Shown here: one piece after another, positions 26,709 to 35,521 of the stretch
Layout of the letters: every line of letters begins with the position of its first letter
Numbering within the stretch: position 1 is the first letter of the stretch
From: a virus
Virus record (IMG/VR): IMGVR_UViG_3300049448_000712
DNA length: 64,000 nucleotides
Strand: one strand, 5' to 3'
The notes under the pieces: model-generated
The model's database searches: none
Seen by the model: the letters and a program-made list of their open reading frames with translations, nothing else
Told to the model about the DNA's origin: nothing
Translations under genes and position numbers: made by a program

Positions 26709-26975
26709 CTACTCTTCGGTGACGAACTTCCACGTCTGAGCCATCTGCCAGTGCCGGCGAACGCCGCGGGAGTCGCGTACCAGGGGCATCGGCCAGGTGA
26801 CGGTCCACAGCGTCGTCTTCTGCCGCGTCGACACCTTCTTCAGGTGGAAGTACCCGCGCTCCAGCTTCCTGCAGTAGTCGAGCACGGCGGCTCGGCCGGC
26901 GAGCGGGGAGAGCACAGAGGTTTGAAGCCCAGCGGTGCCTGCGTCGGAGATCGGATACGGCTGTACGAGGGTCAT
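26709..26975 (-). CDS. hypothetical protein
   Basis: ORF. Confidence 0.3.
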   Translation of the reverse strand: MTLVQPYPISDAGTAGLQTSVLSPLAGRAAVLDYCRKLERGYFHLKKVSTRQKTTLWTVTWPMPLVRDSRGVRRHWQMAQTWKFVTEE

Positions 26976-26995
26976 GCGAAGCCGACGCGCAGGCG

Positions 26996-27355
26996 CTACT
27001 CGCCGGACAAAAACTTATTGCTCGCGCTGAGTGCCTCGACGGCCTGCTCGATCACCTGCTCGATGCTGTCGCCGGGGTCCGCTCCGACGAGCCGCGCCAG
27101 TCGCAGCGCGGTCTCGACAGGGATCTTCGGGCTCACGTCCGAGGCATCGAGGTACCGAATGGCGGAACAGGTGAGGCACTCGAACACGAAGATCTCGCGC
27201 GGTCGGCCACTCTCCCATTTCATCTCGATGAAGTAGACCTTCCACTTGTTCGGACACGTTAACGATCGGCACTCGAGGGCGTCGCGTTCCGTCAACAGGC
27301 TCTTCAGATCCATCGTCGTCACCATGTCGTTTTCACCTCGCTCGGGGTGCACCAC
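26996..27355 (-). CDS. hypothetical protein with CxxC pairs
   Basis: ORF. Confidence 0.35.
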   Translation of the reverse strand: MVHPERGENDMVTTMDLKSLLTERDALECRSLTCPNKWKVYFIEMKWESGRPREIFVFECLTCSAIRYLDASDVSPKIPVETALRLARLVGADPGDSIEQVIEQAVEALSASNKFLSGE

Positions 27356-27786
27356 ACCCTGACGAGCTCGACGCCGGCCTTCTTCAGGTTCTCGAACACC
27401 TTCGGGAAGCGCTCGCGACCAGCCGCGAGCACCGCCTCCGCGTCATGCATACCCTGCAGCAGGATCGTGCTGTTGCAGCCGCCGCGCGTGTCTCCCTGTG
27501 TGCGGTCCCACCACTGCACGGCGCTGTAGCCGTTCGGCAGCACGTGGTGTAGGTACTGCCCCTGCGGGCACTCCTCGGAGCGGTACTGGCGGTTGTCGTC
27601 GCGCGGCCCGTAGCCGCTGAAGAAAATCTGCTCGGTGCGGTCACCGCGACGCGGTGCCAGCGTGCCGTCGATGTGCCGGCGCTCGGGGCCGTACGTCGTC
27701 ACGCGTTCATCGTACGGCGCGGGCCCGCCTGAATCGTGAAGGTAGTGCCCTGCGCGACCGACTACGCCGAAGAAGAAGCAGTTCAT
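27319..27786 (-). CDS. hypothetical protein
   Basis: Internal start MNCFFFGVVGRAGHYLHD. Confidence 0.4.
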   Translation of the reverse strand: MNCFFFGVVGRAGHYLHDSGGPAPYDERVTTYGPERRHIDGTLAPRRGDRTEQIFFSGYGPRDDNRQYRSEECPQGQYLHHVLPNGYSAVQWWDRTQGDTRGGCNSTILLQGMHDAEAVLAAGRERFPKVFENLKKAGVELVRVWCTPSEVKTTW

Positions 27787-27965
27787 TTTCGCCCCGCCCA
27801 TGCGTAGTTGACGTTGTGCCTTCGGTTCCACGCGCCCGCGCACTTGTGGGTGCAGACGACGGCGTGGGCGTTGGCGAGCCCCTGGTAGAGCTTCAGCGGT
27901 TCGCCGCACACGGCGCACGCTCGGGCCGTGTGCTTGGGCGGCCGGTGGAGCAACCGGTCTTTCAT
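27783..27965 (-). CDS. small zinc-ribbon protein
   Basis: CAVCGEP...CTHKC. Confidence 0.3.
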   Translation of the reverse strand: MKDRLLHRPPKHTARACAVCGEPLKLYQGLANAHAVVCTHKCAGAWNRRHNVNYAWAGRK

Positions 27966-28261
27966 TCGCTCCTCCGCAGCAGTTGCCACGCCTTCTCCAT
28001 GGCCTTGTGGTAGTCCGCGCGCCCGCGCTGCATGCCGTCGAGGTACCCTTTATCGACGGAGGCGAGCTCCTTCACGGTACCGACCTGCTCGAGTGCCCAG
28101 CGCAGCAGCCGGCGCATCGCGACAGCTTGCGGCATCGGCTCCCCATCGACGAGCTGCCGCTCGCGCCAGGCCTCGAACCCGTCATAGAGGTCCGGCTCGA
28201 CGCGGACGTTCAACGGCACGAGGCCCTGTCCGCTGCCCTTCGGTCTACCCGGCTTTGCCAT
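27962..28261 (-). CDS. putative DNA-binding protein (AT-hook-like N-terminus plus RHH-like strand)
   Basis: MAKPGRPKGSGQGLVPLNVRVEPDLY. Confidence 0.35.
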   Translation of the reverse strand: MAKPGRPKGSGQGLVPLNVRVEPDLYDGFEAWRERQLVDGEPMPQAVAMRRLLRWALEQVGTVKELASVDKGYLDGMQRGRADYHKAMEKAWQLLRRSE

Positions 28262-28477
28262 GGCTCTCTTTCGCATGCTTCACGCAGGCACGGAAAGCGG
28301 CCGTGCGCGCGTCGCTCCATCGAGCTCGTACGCCCTGCGCTGGCTCCATGGAGCTCGCCGCCCGCGCGCTCCACTTCCAGCGTCCCTCGACGCTCCACAC
28401 ATCCACGAGGTACAACTCGTCGGAGACCTTGAGTTGGAGCTGCACGCTGCCGCCCGTGACTGAAATGGTTCGACTCT

Positions 28478-28774
28478 TCATCGCTCCGCCTTCGCTTTCC
28501 GCAGCACTTCACGGGCGATGTCCCCCGCCCTGTCGCTGTTGACCCAGGCGCTCAGGCACCTGCCGTGACAACCGAGAATCGACTGGCAGTGGTACGTGCA
28601 GTTGCCGGCCGCGCAGCGCGGGTCCGAGCGGCTGCTGCAGAGTGAGTTGCCGCACCCGGTGGGCTTTTGCAGCGAAGCGAGGGGTACCGTCTGGCGCCGG
28701 CCGAAGAAGTACCCGAGCCAGAGCCCGCCGGCGGCAATGACAGCGGGAAGGACGACAGCGAGCAACACCATCAT
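28478..28774 (-). CDS. membrane-anchored Cys-rich protein
   Basis: N-terminal TM MMVLLAVVLPAVIAAGGLWLGYFF, then eight Cys. Confidence 0.4.
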   Translation of the reverse strand: MMVLLAVVLPAVIAAGGLWLGYFFGRRQTVPLASLQKPTGCGNSLCSSRSDPRCAAGNCTYHCQSILGCHGRCLSAWVNSDRAGDIAREVLRKAKAER

Positions 28775-29898
28775 GGGGTCTCCTTCGTGCAGCTGCACTC
28801 CAACCAGTCGAAGTGGCCTCCGCCGATAGCGCCGCGCTTTAGAGGCTGGTTGCATCTCGCGCACGTCGGCGCGGTCGCCGATGGCGGGGGGAGGGCGCGA
28901 ATCATCCGCGCCAGACGCGCCCTTTCGGACCGTGGCTGAGCGCTATCGATTGCTTTCGCCGCCGCCTCTCGGCAGTCGAGCCAACTCGCGCACGTCGGCT
29001 CCAGCCGCACGCTCGCGAGACGTCCCTTGATGATGCCGCCGAGCGCCGGCTGGATTCGCGAGAAGTCACCGTTGAGAGCGTCGATGACACGCGCACGCTC
29101 TTCCTCGCGCACTCGCTCCTCGAATGCCGCTCGGGACTTGCGGAAGTCGTCTGGGGTCAGTGTTTGACCGGACGTCAGCGGCACGCATGTGCCGAACGCT
29201 TCGTCAAAGGCCGTGGCGGTCGCCCATCGCTCTTGCTCGCGCACCCGCTCCCGCTCCCGCTCGGCCTCCAGGGCGGCGCCGGTCTTGTGGTTGGCGAGGG
29301 CGGACTCGATGACCTCCAACTCCGCCGCGAGTAGACGCTCCCGGTCGATGCGTCGCAGCGCCCCCGCTAGAGCTTCGGCGTCGGCCTCGGCGGCGAGGGC
29401 GCGAGCCGTCCACGTGGCCAAGTCGCGACTCAGGTCGCCGATGTTGCCGACATTGAGGTAGGGGTTTCGATGCCAACCGCCCGGACACGCCGAGCCGCCG
29501 CCATCGGTCCATTGCAATTCGAGGCCGGCGCGTCGCAGTTCGGCCTCTATGCGGTCGGTCACCCACGCTTTACGCGCCACCTCGGACTTTGCGCGCTCGA
29601 CTGCCTCGTCCCTCTCCGCCGTCACCTTCGCTGCGTAGTGGGCATCGAGCTCGGCGCGGTCTCGAGCCGCTTTCGTCTCCGCCTTTGCGTGCTCGAGCTC
29701 GAGTGCGTGGCTCTTCTCCGCCTCGGCCGCGAGCGCCTTCACGCCTTGAAGCTGCAACCGGTAGCCATCGCGCTCTGACACGAGTTGCTCAATCGAGCCC
29801 ACCAGAAGATCACAGTCGATCGTCACCTCGCTGCCCATGGTTTGGGCTCGGAGTGCAGCGACCAGCAACTTCTCCACGTCCCACCGTTTCTTGCTCAC
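28771..29898 (-). CDS. coiled-coil hypothetical protein (375 aa)
   Basis: Long ORF, Ala/Glu/Arg-rich. Confidence 0.5.
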   Translation of the reverse strand: MSKKRWDVEKLLVAALRAQTMGSEVTIDCDLLVGSIEQLVSERDGYRLQLQGVKALAAEAEKSHALELEHAKAETKAARDRAELDAHYAAKVTAERDEAVERAKSEVARKAWVTDRIEAELRRAGLELQWTDGGGSACPGGWHRNPYLNVGNIGDLSRDLATWTARALAAEADAEALAGALRRIDRERLLAAELEVIESALANHKTGAALEAERERERVREQERWATATAFDEAFGTCVPLTSGQTLTPDDFRKSRAAFEERVREEERARVIDALNGDFSRIQPALGGIIKGRLASVRLEPTCASWLDCREAAAKAIDSAQPRSERARLARMIRALPPPSATAPTCARCNQPLKRGAIGGGHFDWLECSCTKETP

Positions 29899-30518
29899 TC
29901 GAGCTCCTTGACGATGCCCGCCATGACCCTCTGCCCTTCGACGAGCCGCTTGCCCACCACCTCGGCGTAGACCTGGGTGCTGCCAGGGTCCTTGTGTCCG
30001 AGCCAGTCCTGCACGAACACGAGGTCATCACCGCGCTCGAGCATGTGCGTCGCGACGGAGTGCTTGAGCACGTGGGGGTGCCCGTGGACGTTCAAGTCGA
30101 GGCCGGCGCGCTGAGCAGCTCGGCGCCAGTACCGGTACACGTTCCACCTGTCGAGCGGTGCTTTGGGCTCGTCGGGGTGAGGGAAGAGGTAGGGGCTCTT
30201 CGGCCGCTCTTTGACCCAGGCCTTCAAGTCGGCGAGCACCCACGGCTCGAGTTTGTAGGTCCGGCCCATGGAGCCTTTGAGCCGCAGCACGTCGAGCGTC
30301 CCGCGCTTGGTGTCGAAGTGCTCCAGCGGCTGCAGGCCGACCTCAGAGGCGCGCAGCGCGCAGTAGTACATGACCTTGATGATGCAGCGCTCCTCGAGCT
30401 CGAGCGTGCGTTCGATGGCCAGGCGCAGCTGCTCGACGGTGAGATAGCCCTTGCGGATGCGCCCCTTCGCGCTGCCGTCCTGGGTGCGGAGCTTCGGGTA
30501 GCTCTTAGGGGGCATCGG
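29895..30518 (-). CDS. tyrosine recombinase/integrase (short, catalytic-domain type)
   Basis: HVLKHSVATHMLERGDDLVFVQDWLGHKDPGSTQVYAEV matches box II of the tyrosine recombinase family (H..R..H...LGH......Y). Confidence 0.8.
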   Translation of the reverse strand, partial: PMPPKSYPKLRTQDGSAKGRIRKGYLTVEQLRLAIERTLELEERCIIKVMYYCALRASEVGLQPLEHFDTKRGTLDVLRLKGSMGRTYKLEPWVLADLKAWVKERPKSPYLFPHPDEPKAPLDRWNVYRYWRRAAQRAGLDLNVHGHPHVLKHSVATHMLERGDDLVFVQDWLGHKDPGSTQVYAEVVGKRLVEGQRVMAGIVKELE

Positions 30519-30792
30519 ACAGCATCTTTCCCAGCCATTCGGCTGCTTCCTTGGAGACTGAGCTGTCGCACCACCACTCGCCGTTCCTGGCCTCCAGAAT
30601 GAACAGCAGGCCTCGGCTCTCTGCACAGGTGAGCCCGAACGGCTCTACGAGGCACACGGTCGCCGCGATGTAGCCGAACATCGACGGCACGAGCACCCTC
30701 GTCCCCACCGCGAGCTCGATGATGGGCTTTCTACGCTCGGGGTCGAGCACGCGCGCGCCGCGCTGGCTGGTGAAGGTGAGCTCAGGGGGCAT
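30505..30792 (-). CDS. hypothetical protein
   Basis: ORF. Confidence 0.35.
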   Translation of the reverse strand: MPPELTFTSQRGARVLDPERRKPIIELAVGTRVLVPSMFGYIAATVCLVEPFGLTCAESRGLLFILEARNGEWWCDSSVSKEAAEWLGKMLSDAP

Positions 30793-31006
30793 GCTTCTTC
30801 TCCGCTCTCTTCCTGTACCGCGTCGCGGTTTCGCGTACCTCGTCTCCGGTGACGGGAAGGCGCTTGGCGAGGGCCGCGAGCTCCTTCGCCGTGTCCATGT
30901 CGGCGAGGTACTCCGCCGAGTCCACGACGTGCCCGAGCCCGTGGGCTCTCAGTGCGATAACGAGGTGCTCCATCTTCACCGCAGGTGGTTCGAGTTTTTC
31001 AGGCAT
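30782..31006 (-). CDS. hypothetical protein
   Basis: Internal start MPEKLEPPAV. Confidence 0.3.
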   Translation of the reverse strand: MPEKLEPPAVKMEHLVIALRAHGLGHVVDSAEYLADMDTAKELAALAKRLPVTGDEVRETATRYRKRAEKKHAP

Positions 31007-31203
31007 CAGGGCTTCCTCTCGATGCAGGGCGTGCAGTCGTATGTGTACGGCACCAGCACCTTGTTGATCTCGTGGAAGCCGGAGCACATCTGCTGCGCGC
31101 CGTAGCGCAGGCAGGGGTGGCGGATCTCGTTCACGATGGCGACGACGACACCGACGAGCAGCACCGCACAGGCGAGTGCGATAGCCACTTCGACGAGCTC
31201 CAT
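31006..31203 (-). CDS. small membrane protein
   Basis: MELVEVAIALACAVLLVGVVVAIV forms a TM helix. Confidence 0.3.
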   Translation of the reverse strand: MELVEVAIALACAVLLVGVVVAIVNEIRHPCLRYGAQQMCSGFHEINKVLVPYTYDCTPCIERKP

Positions 31204-31360
31204 GCCTCGGGGGCTACGCATCGCTCGCCTCATCGCGTCCTCTTGCAGTCGAAATCGTGAGTCTCTCGCGATGGCGGCGCGTGCTCGGTGAGCCTGTAGA
31301 TATACAGCAGGCCCGCCACGCCCAACAGCAACACGCCCGCGCGAATCAGGGAGTGCATCT

Positions 31361-31858
31361 TCAATTGGGCCTCTCTCGACGGCGGCGCTGGAGTCCGACG
31401 CGCTCGCGCTGGGGGCGGCTCGGCAGCGCGTAAGGGGCGGGCTCAGCGAGCTGACGACACCACTCCTCCATGCCCGCGAGCGACTCCGCGATGAACTGCT
31501 CCTGCGACTTGCTCAAGATGGCGGCGCACTCTTCCTCGTGCTCGGTGTGATCCAACCCCAGACCGAAGCACACGCCCGCGACCATGTTCAGCCGCTCTTC
31601 ATCGCTGGCGCGCATCGTCCAGTGTTTCACGAAGCTCTGGGCGCTGATGGCCGCGAGTTCTCGGCTCCTCCGCACGGCCCGCTTCTTCTCTTCAGGCAAC
31701 GCGTGGAACCGATCCATGTCCATCAGCACGAGCCCCTCACGCGTCAACTCGAGGATCCGCGCGCAGTAGCCGCAGAGCGCGATGATGCCGTGTGCCCCGC
31801 GCTGAAAGAGCACGTCGAACTCCGGGGGGCAGGGGTAGCAGCAGTCAGGGCAGTTCAT
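31361..31858 (-). CDS. Cys-rich hypothetical protein
   Basis: N-terminal CPDCCYPCPPEF...CGYC. Confidence 0.4.
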   Translation of the reverse strand: MNCPDCCYPCPPEFDVLFQRGAHGIIALCGYCARILELTREGLVLMDMDRFHALPEEKKRAVRRSRELAAISAQSFVKHWTMRASDEERLNMVAGVCFGLGLDHTEHEEECAAILSKSQEQFIAESLAGMEEWCRQLAEPAPYALPSRPQRERVGLQRRRRERPN

Positions 31859-32169
31859 GTCGTTTCGCTCCCGGGTGCGTCGATCGCCTCGACGGAGATC
31901 ACCAGCGAGTCACCGACATGCAGCGCGAGGGGCATTCGGCTGATCACGGGGAAATCTCCACCGTCGGTGCCCAGCGTCAGGTAGCGCACGAGCGCCACGC
32001 CGCTGGTCTGGACCTCCCCGAGAGGCAGCGCGCCCCTCTCTTTTGACTGAACCTTGAGCACCACCCGCTTGGGGCGGGGGTCGGGAGGCTTCCGCTCGGG
32101 AGGCTTCCACTCGCTGTCGGGCGCGGGCAGCGGTTGGTTCTGCAGGGCATCGAAATCGCTTCTGGCCAT
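31855..32169 (-). CDS. hypothetical protein
   Basis: First gene of the leftward block, next to the AT-rich control region. Confidence 0.4.
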   Translation of the reverse strand: MARSDFDALQNQPLPAPDSEWKPPERKPPDPRPKRVVLKVQSKERGALPLGEVQTSGVALVRYLTLGTDGGDFPVISRMPLALHVGDSLVISVEAIDAPGSETT

Positions 32170-32227
32170 GCGCCGGATCTACCACGGGTGCCAGGCGCTT
32201 GCACAATTACCGCTAAATGTGCAGCGG

Positions 32228-32268
32228 CAGATATTTAATGTATCTTAAGATACAAAAACTATATCGGG
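32228..32268. promoter_or_regulatory. AT-rich island with perfect 14-bp palindrome GTATCTTAAGATAC (32240-32253) in a divergent intergenic region
   Basis: Striking AT-rich stretch in a GC-rich genome, between the leftward gene ending at 32169 and the rightward gene starting at 32425. Confidence 0.45.
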
Positions 32269-32424
32269 GTAATGTGTAGACAGCGGATCGCCGATCCGGT
32301 ATAAGGGTTCTCGCAGGTCGAACGGGGCAACGGGTTGGTCGGCGGGTCTAGAGCGTCGCAGTCGAAGGGCGCCCGTTCGTGAGAGCAGCACCGCTGGGGA
32401 CGGCGGAAACCGCAGTGCAAGGAG

Positions 32425-32631
32425 ATGAACACCATGACGAGGAAGGACTTTCAACTGATCGCGAAGACGATCGCTGGGCTCTCGTTGCCCTCGCGAGCCG
32501 GATTCGGGCCTCCGCTGACCACCGATGGGGAGCTGAAGGTGGTCATCGCGGTGGCCTTCGCCAAGTCGCTGCAGGCGACCAACGCGCAGTTCGACGCCGA
32601 GCGGTTCATCGCGGCGTGCAGGGCGGCGTGA
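32425..32631 (+). CDS. hypothetical protein
   Basis: RBS AAGGAG directly upstream of the ATG; first gene of the rightward block. Confidence 0.5.
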   Translation: MNTMTRKDFQLIAKTIAGLSLPSRAGFGPPLTTDGELKVVIAVAFAKSLQATNAQFDAERFIAACRAA

Positions 32632-32889
32632 TGGCGACCCCGATCCCGTACAAGGAAGGCGACATCATCGTGCCCACGGAACCGAGTTCCTTCTTGATGG
32701 CGCTCATGGCCGCTGTTGCACGGTCGCGAGCCTTGGCCTTGCGCGGGCACCCGTTGCGTCGCTGACGACCAACGAAGCCTCGGCAGTCGCGGACCTGATC
32801 GACGCGTTCGCCGATGGCGCACCCCAAGACATGCTCAAGGAGCTTTCAAGCGCGCGGAAGAAACTGACGTGAAGGACAAGGAGACAACG

Positions 32890-33402
32890 ATGCAGATCGA
32901 ACTCAAGCGCTTCACCAGCAACGAACGGCTCTCGCAGGAGACCCTCGCCTACGCGGCCGACATCTACGTCAACGGCAAGAAGGCGGGCGTCACCCAGAAC
33001 AACGGCACGGGCGGCTCCGACGACATCCGCTGGACGGACACCGAGCTGGGCTCGCAGGCGGAGAAGTGGATCGCCGAGCAACCGCCGCTCCCCGCCGACC
33101 CGGAGAAGGGCTACGGCTCGCTGCCGATGACCGTCGACCTGTTCTTCGGCCTGCTCGCCGACAAGCAGCACAAGGCGAAGCGCGACGCGGCGACGGAGCG
33201 CAAGGCGAAGAAGTTCGCCGCGAGGGCTCGCACGCGCGGCTTCAAGGCTTTCATCGCGCGGCTCACGAAAGACGGCTCGAAGCACGTCTACGAAGAGTTG
33301 CTCTTCGAGGCGAAGACGCTCGAGAAGGCGCAGGAGACCGTCAACGTCTACGAGAAAGAACACAAGACGGCCTGCTTCTTCATGGACGAGGTGACGCCTT
33401 GA
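32890..33402 (+). CDS. hypothetical protein
   Basis: RBS gaaggacaaggag before ATG 32890. Confidence 0.5.
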   Translation: MQIELKRFTSNERLSQETLAYAADIYVNGKKAGVTQNNGTGGSDDIRWTDTELGSQAEKWIAEQPPLPADPEKGYGSLPMTVDLFFGLLADKQHKAKRDAATERKAKKFAARARTRGFKAFIARLTKDGSKHVYEELLFEAKTLEKAQETVNVYEKEHKTACFFMDEVTP

Positions 33403-33581
33403 GCGCGAAGGACGAGAGGCTCTTGCAGTTCAAGTTTCTCTTGGAGGACTCCACCGCTCTTTGGAGCGAGTGGCCCGTGGGCTCGGCTCCGTCGCTGGAG
33501 CAGTTGGAGATCATGCGGACCAACTTCGAGAAGATGCTCATGCTCCTCGTCGCGGAGTTGAACGAGCGGAGGCAGCCTTGA
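33399..33581 (+). CDS. hypothetical protein
   Basis: TTG start overlaps the upstream TGA. Confidence 0.3.
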   Translation: MSAKDERLLQFKFLLEDSTALWSEWPVGSAPSLEQLEIMRTNFEKMLMLLVAELNERRQP

Positions 33582-33790
33582 GCATTCGCACCCCGGGCAA
33601 GAAGGTCTACCGCGTCACGCAGCGCGAGGTGATCATCTCCGTGTTCCACATCGAGGCGAAGAACAAGCGCGAGGCGATGCGCATGCTCAGCGGAGAGCTC
33701 TCCCTCGAGACGTCCGAGGCGATGAGCAACGGCGAGCAGGAGACGGAGAGCCTCGAGACCGTCGAGATCACGCTGTTGGAGGAAGACTGA
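33578..33790 (+). CDS. hypothetical protein
   Basis: TTG start in the same agccTTGagc context as the previous gene. Confidence 0.35.
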   Translation: MSIRTPGKKVYRVTQREVIISVFHIEAKNKREAMRMLSGELSLETSEAMSNGEQETESLETVEITLLEED

Positions 33791-33793
33791 CCC

Positions 33794-34213
33794 ATGGCCG
33801 CGACCCCGCTCTACGATCACGTCAAGCACGCCTACTGCTCGGTGCATGATCCCTGCGACGACAACGACGCCGAGCGCTGCCCGAAGGAGCCCGCGCGCAA
33901 GCGCCGGAAGGCCTACCGGCAGTTCGAGTGGGCGCAGCTGGTAATGCGCTCCGAAGTCGGAGGCCTGCGCCACTACCTCGACGGAGAGCCCGTGCACTGC
34001 GGCCAGGCGCTCCAGCTCCAGCACCGAGGGCAGCGTAACGACGACTACGGTACCTTCAGCGTCCCGCTGCAGGAGGGGACGATGGTGCGCTACGAGGCCT
34101 CGCAGCACGGCGGGAAGATCGACGCGACGCTTCACGTCGACATCGGCGACAACGAGTTCGTGTCGGTGCTGGAGCCGTGGATGCGCTTCCGCTGGCCGAA
34201 AGGAGCTCGCTGA
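33794..34213 (+). CDS. hypothetical protein
   Basis: ORF. Confidence 0.4.
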   Translation: MAATPLYDHVKHAYCSVHDPCDDNDAERCPKEPARKRRKAYRQFEWAQLVMRSEVGGLRHYLDGEPVHCGQALQLQHRGQRNDDYGTFSVPLQEGTMVRYEASQHGGKIDATLHVDIGDNEFVSVLEPWMRFRWPKGAR

Positions 34214-34425
34214 TGGCGATGATGCTCAACTCAGGCAACATCACGCTGGTCGACTACCGAGAGAACGAGGTAGCGCTCGCGATCAACGTGATGGAAGAGC
34301 ACCTCTACTGCATGTCTCCGCAGCTCGCGCTCGAATTGGCGCTGCTGCTCGAGAACAAAGCCCGCGAGGTCATCGCCCAGCAGAACAACGCGCTGGCCAA
34401 CTTCGAGAAGCGGAAGCCGAGATGA
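34213..34425 (+). CDS. hypothetical protein
   Basis: ATG overlaps the upstream TGA. Confidence 0.4.
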   Translation: MAMMLNSGNITLVDYRENEVALAINVMEEHLYCMSPQLALELALLLENKAREVIAQQNNALANFEKRKPR

Positions 34426-34763
34426 GGACCGCAATCATCCTCGCGCTACTGTCGGCGGACCTGTGGGAAGTGGCTCCCAAAGAGCACTCTATGGGGCCGC
34501 CATACTCGGCGCGTCGTGCGTCGCATCGTAGCCCCTACTGCTTCAACAACGCCGAGTTCATGGACTGCTACGGTCGGCTCTCGGTCGAGAGTGACGACGC
34601 CGGTCAGCAGTACACCGTCTGCCGTCAGCTGTCCCTTTGCTTCAACGGCGCGCGACTCAAGATCGAGTATCGCGACGCCGGCTGCTCCTCCGATGTCCAT
34701 GGCGGTTGGTGGTGCTCCGAGGCGCCCTGGTACGTCTGCGACGCGCGGGACGGTGGGCGATGA
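34422..34763 (+). CDS. secreted Cys-rich protein
   Basis: N-terminal hydrophobic signal MRTAIILALLSADLW and eight Cys. Confidence 0.4.
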   Translation: MRTAIILALLSADLWEVAPKEHSMGPPYSARRASHRSPYCFNNAEFMDCYGRLSVESDDAGQQYTVCRQLSLCFNGARLKIEYRDAGCSSDVHGGWWCSEAPWYVCDARDGGR

Positions 34764-35065
34764 AGAAGCTTCTGCTCGGTCTGGCTGGGCTGCTGCTCTT
34801 CGCGTTCGGCTTCGCGTGGCCGCTTCTGCTCGGCGATGGCGTCTCGACCGTGCACCACGCATGGAACGTCGGAGGCACGGGCCCCTTCATCATCTCGTTG
34901 GGTGTCCGCTGGCGCCCGGCAGATGAGCCGAAGGACTGGTGTCAACCGGAAGGGCGCGGCTTCACGTGTGGCGGGGGCTTCGGTTGGTGCGACGTATGGC
35001 ATGAGGACTGGCACGACTGGAATTGCGACATCTACGACGTTCCGAGTCAGGCGCCCAAGCCGTGA
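34760..35065 (+). CDS. secreted/membrane Cys/Trp-rich protein
   Basis: Signal-like N-terminus MKKLLLGLAGLLLFAFGFAWPLLLG. Confidence 0.45.
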   Translation: MKKLLLGLAGLLLFAFGFAWPLLLGDGVSTVHHAWNVGGTGPFIISLGVRWRPADEPKDWCQPEGRGFTCGGGFGWCDVWHEDWHDWNCDIYDVPSQAPKP

Positions 35066-35521
35066 AGCTCAACTGGCAGATCAGCCGCCACGGCAACCCG
35101 TGGGTGAAGCTCGACGGCGCCACCCTGACCGTGTTTCGCAGCAGCGAACGCCGACTCGCGGGCTGGAAGTGGTGCATCGCGCGCTCCGCGAAAGAAGGGC
35201 CGATCTACGGCGGCAAGTTGCACGACACGCAGGAAGAGGCGAAGAGCGCCGCTCTCTCGTTGTACTTCGCGCTCCAAACGCCCAATGAAAAAACCCTGGA
35301 AGACCCCCACCCTCACAAGCCGAAGGCTCACCGACATGGACACGATCATTCTGCACGGCAAGGAAGTCAGCCGCGTAACGCTGGTGCGGTTCAAGAAGCT
35401 CTACATGGAGGCGCTGCAGAAGGAGAAGACGCTGTTCGTGTTCGACGGCCAAGAGGTGCTGACGTCGTACGCAAAGTACGTCGTCGAGTACGCCGAAAAT
35501 AGCTTCGGGACGCTGAAATGA
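35062..35521 (+). CDS. hypothetical protein, apparently frameshifted at an A6 tract (35288-35293); two overlapping ORFs 35062..35502 and 35285..35521
   Basis: Coding-like GC3 follows frame 1 up to about 35290, then frame 2 (ATG 35285) to 35521. Deleting one A from the GAAAAAAC run fuses them into one ~153-aa protein. Confidence 0.35.

Noticed and set aside
32281-32424. Possible tRNA near 'ggtcgaacggggcaacggg' or at the 3' end of the window ('gggtcgaacggggtgccggggg', 63955-63980)
   Set aside because: Neither has a T-loop GTTCGA(A/G)TCC-type motif in cloverleaf context or an acceptor stem. I found no convincing tRNA by eye. A tRNAscan run would be needed to be sure.
35023-35061. N-terminal extension MRHLRRSESGAQA of ORF 35023
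   Set aside because: It overlaps the upstream gene. GTG 35062 in a GTGA overlap is a more typical operon junction.
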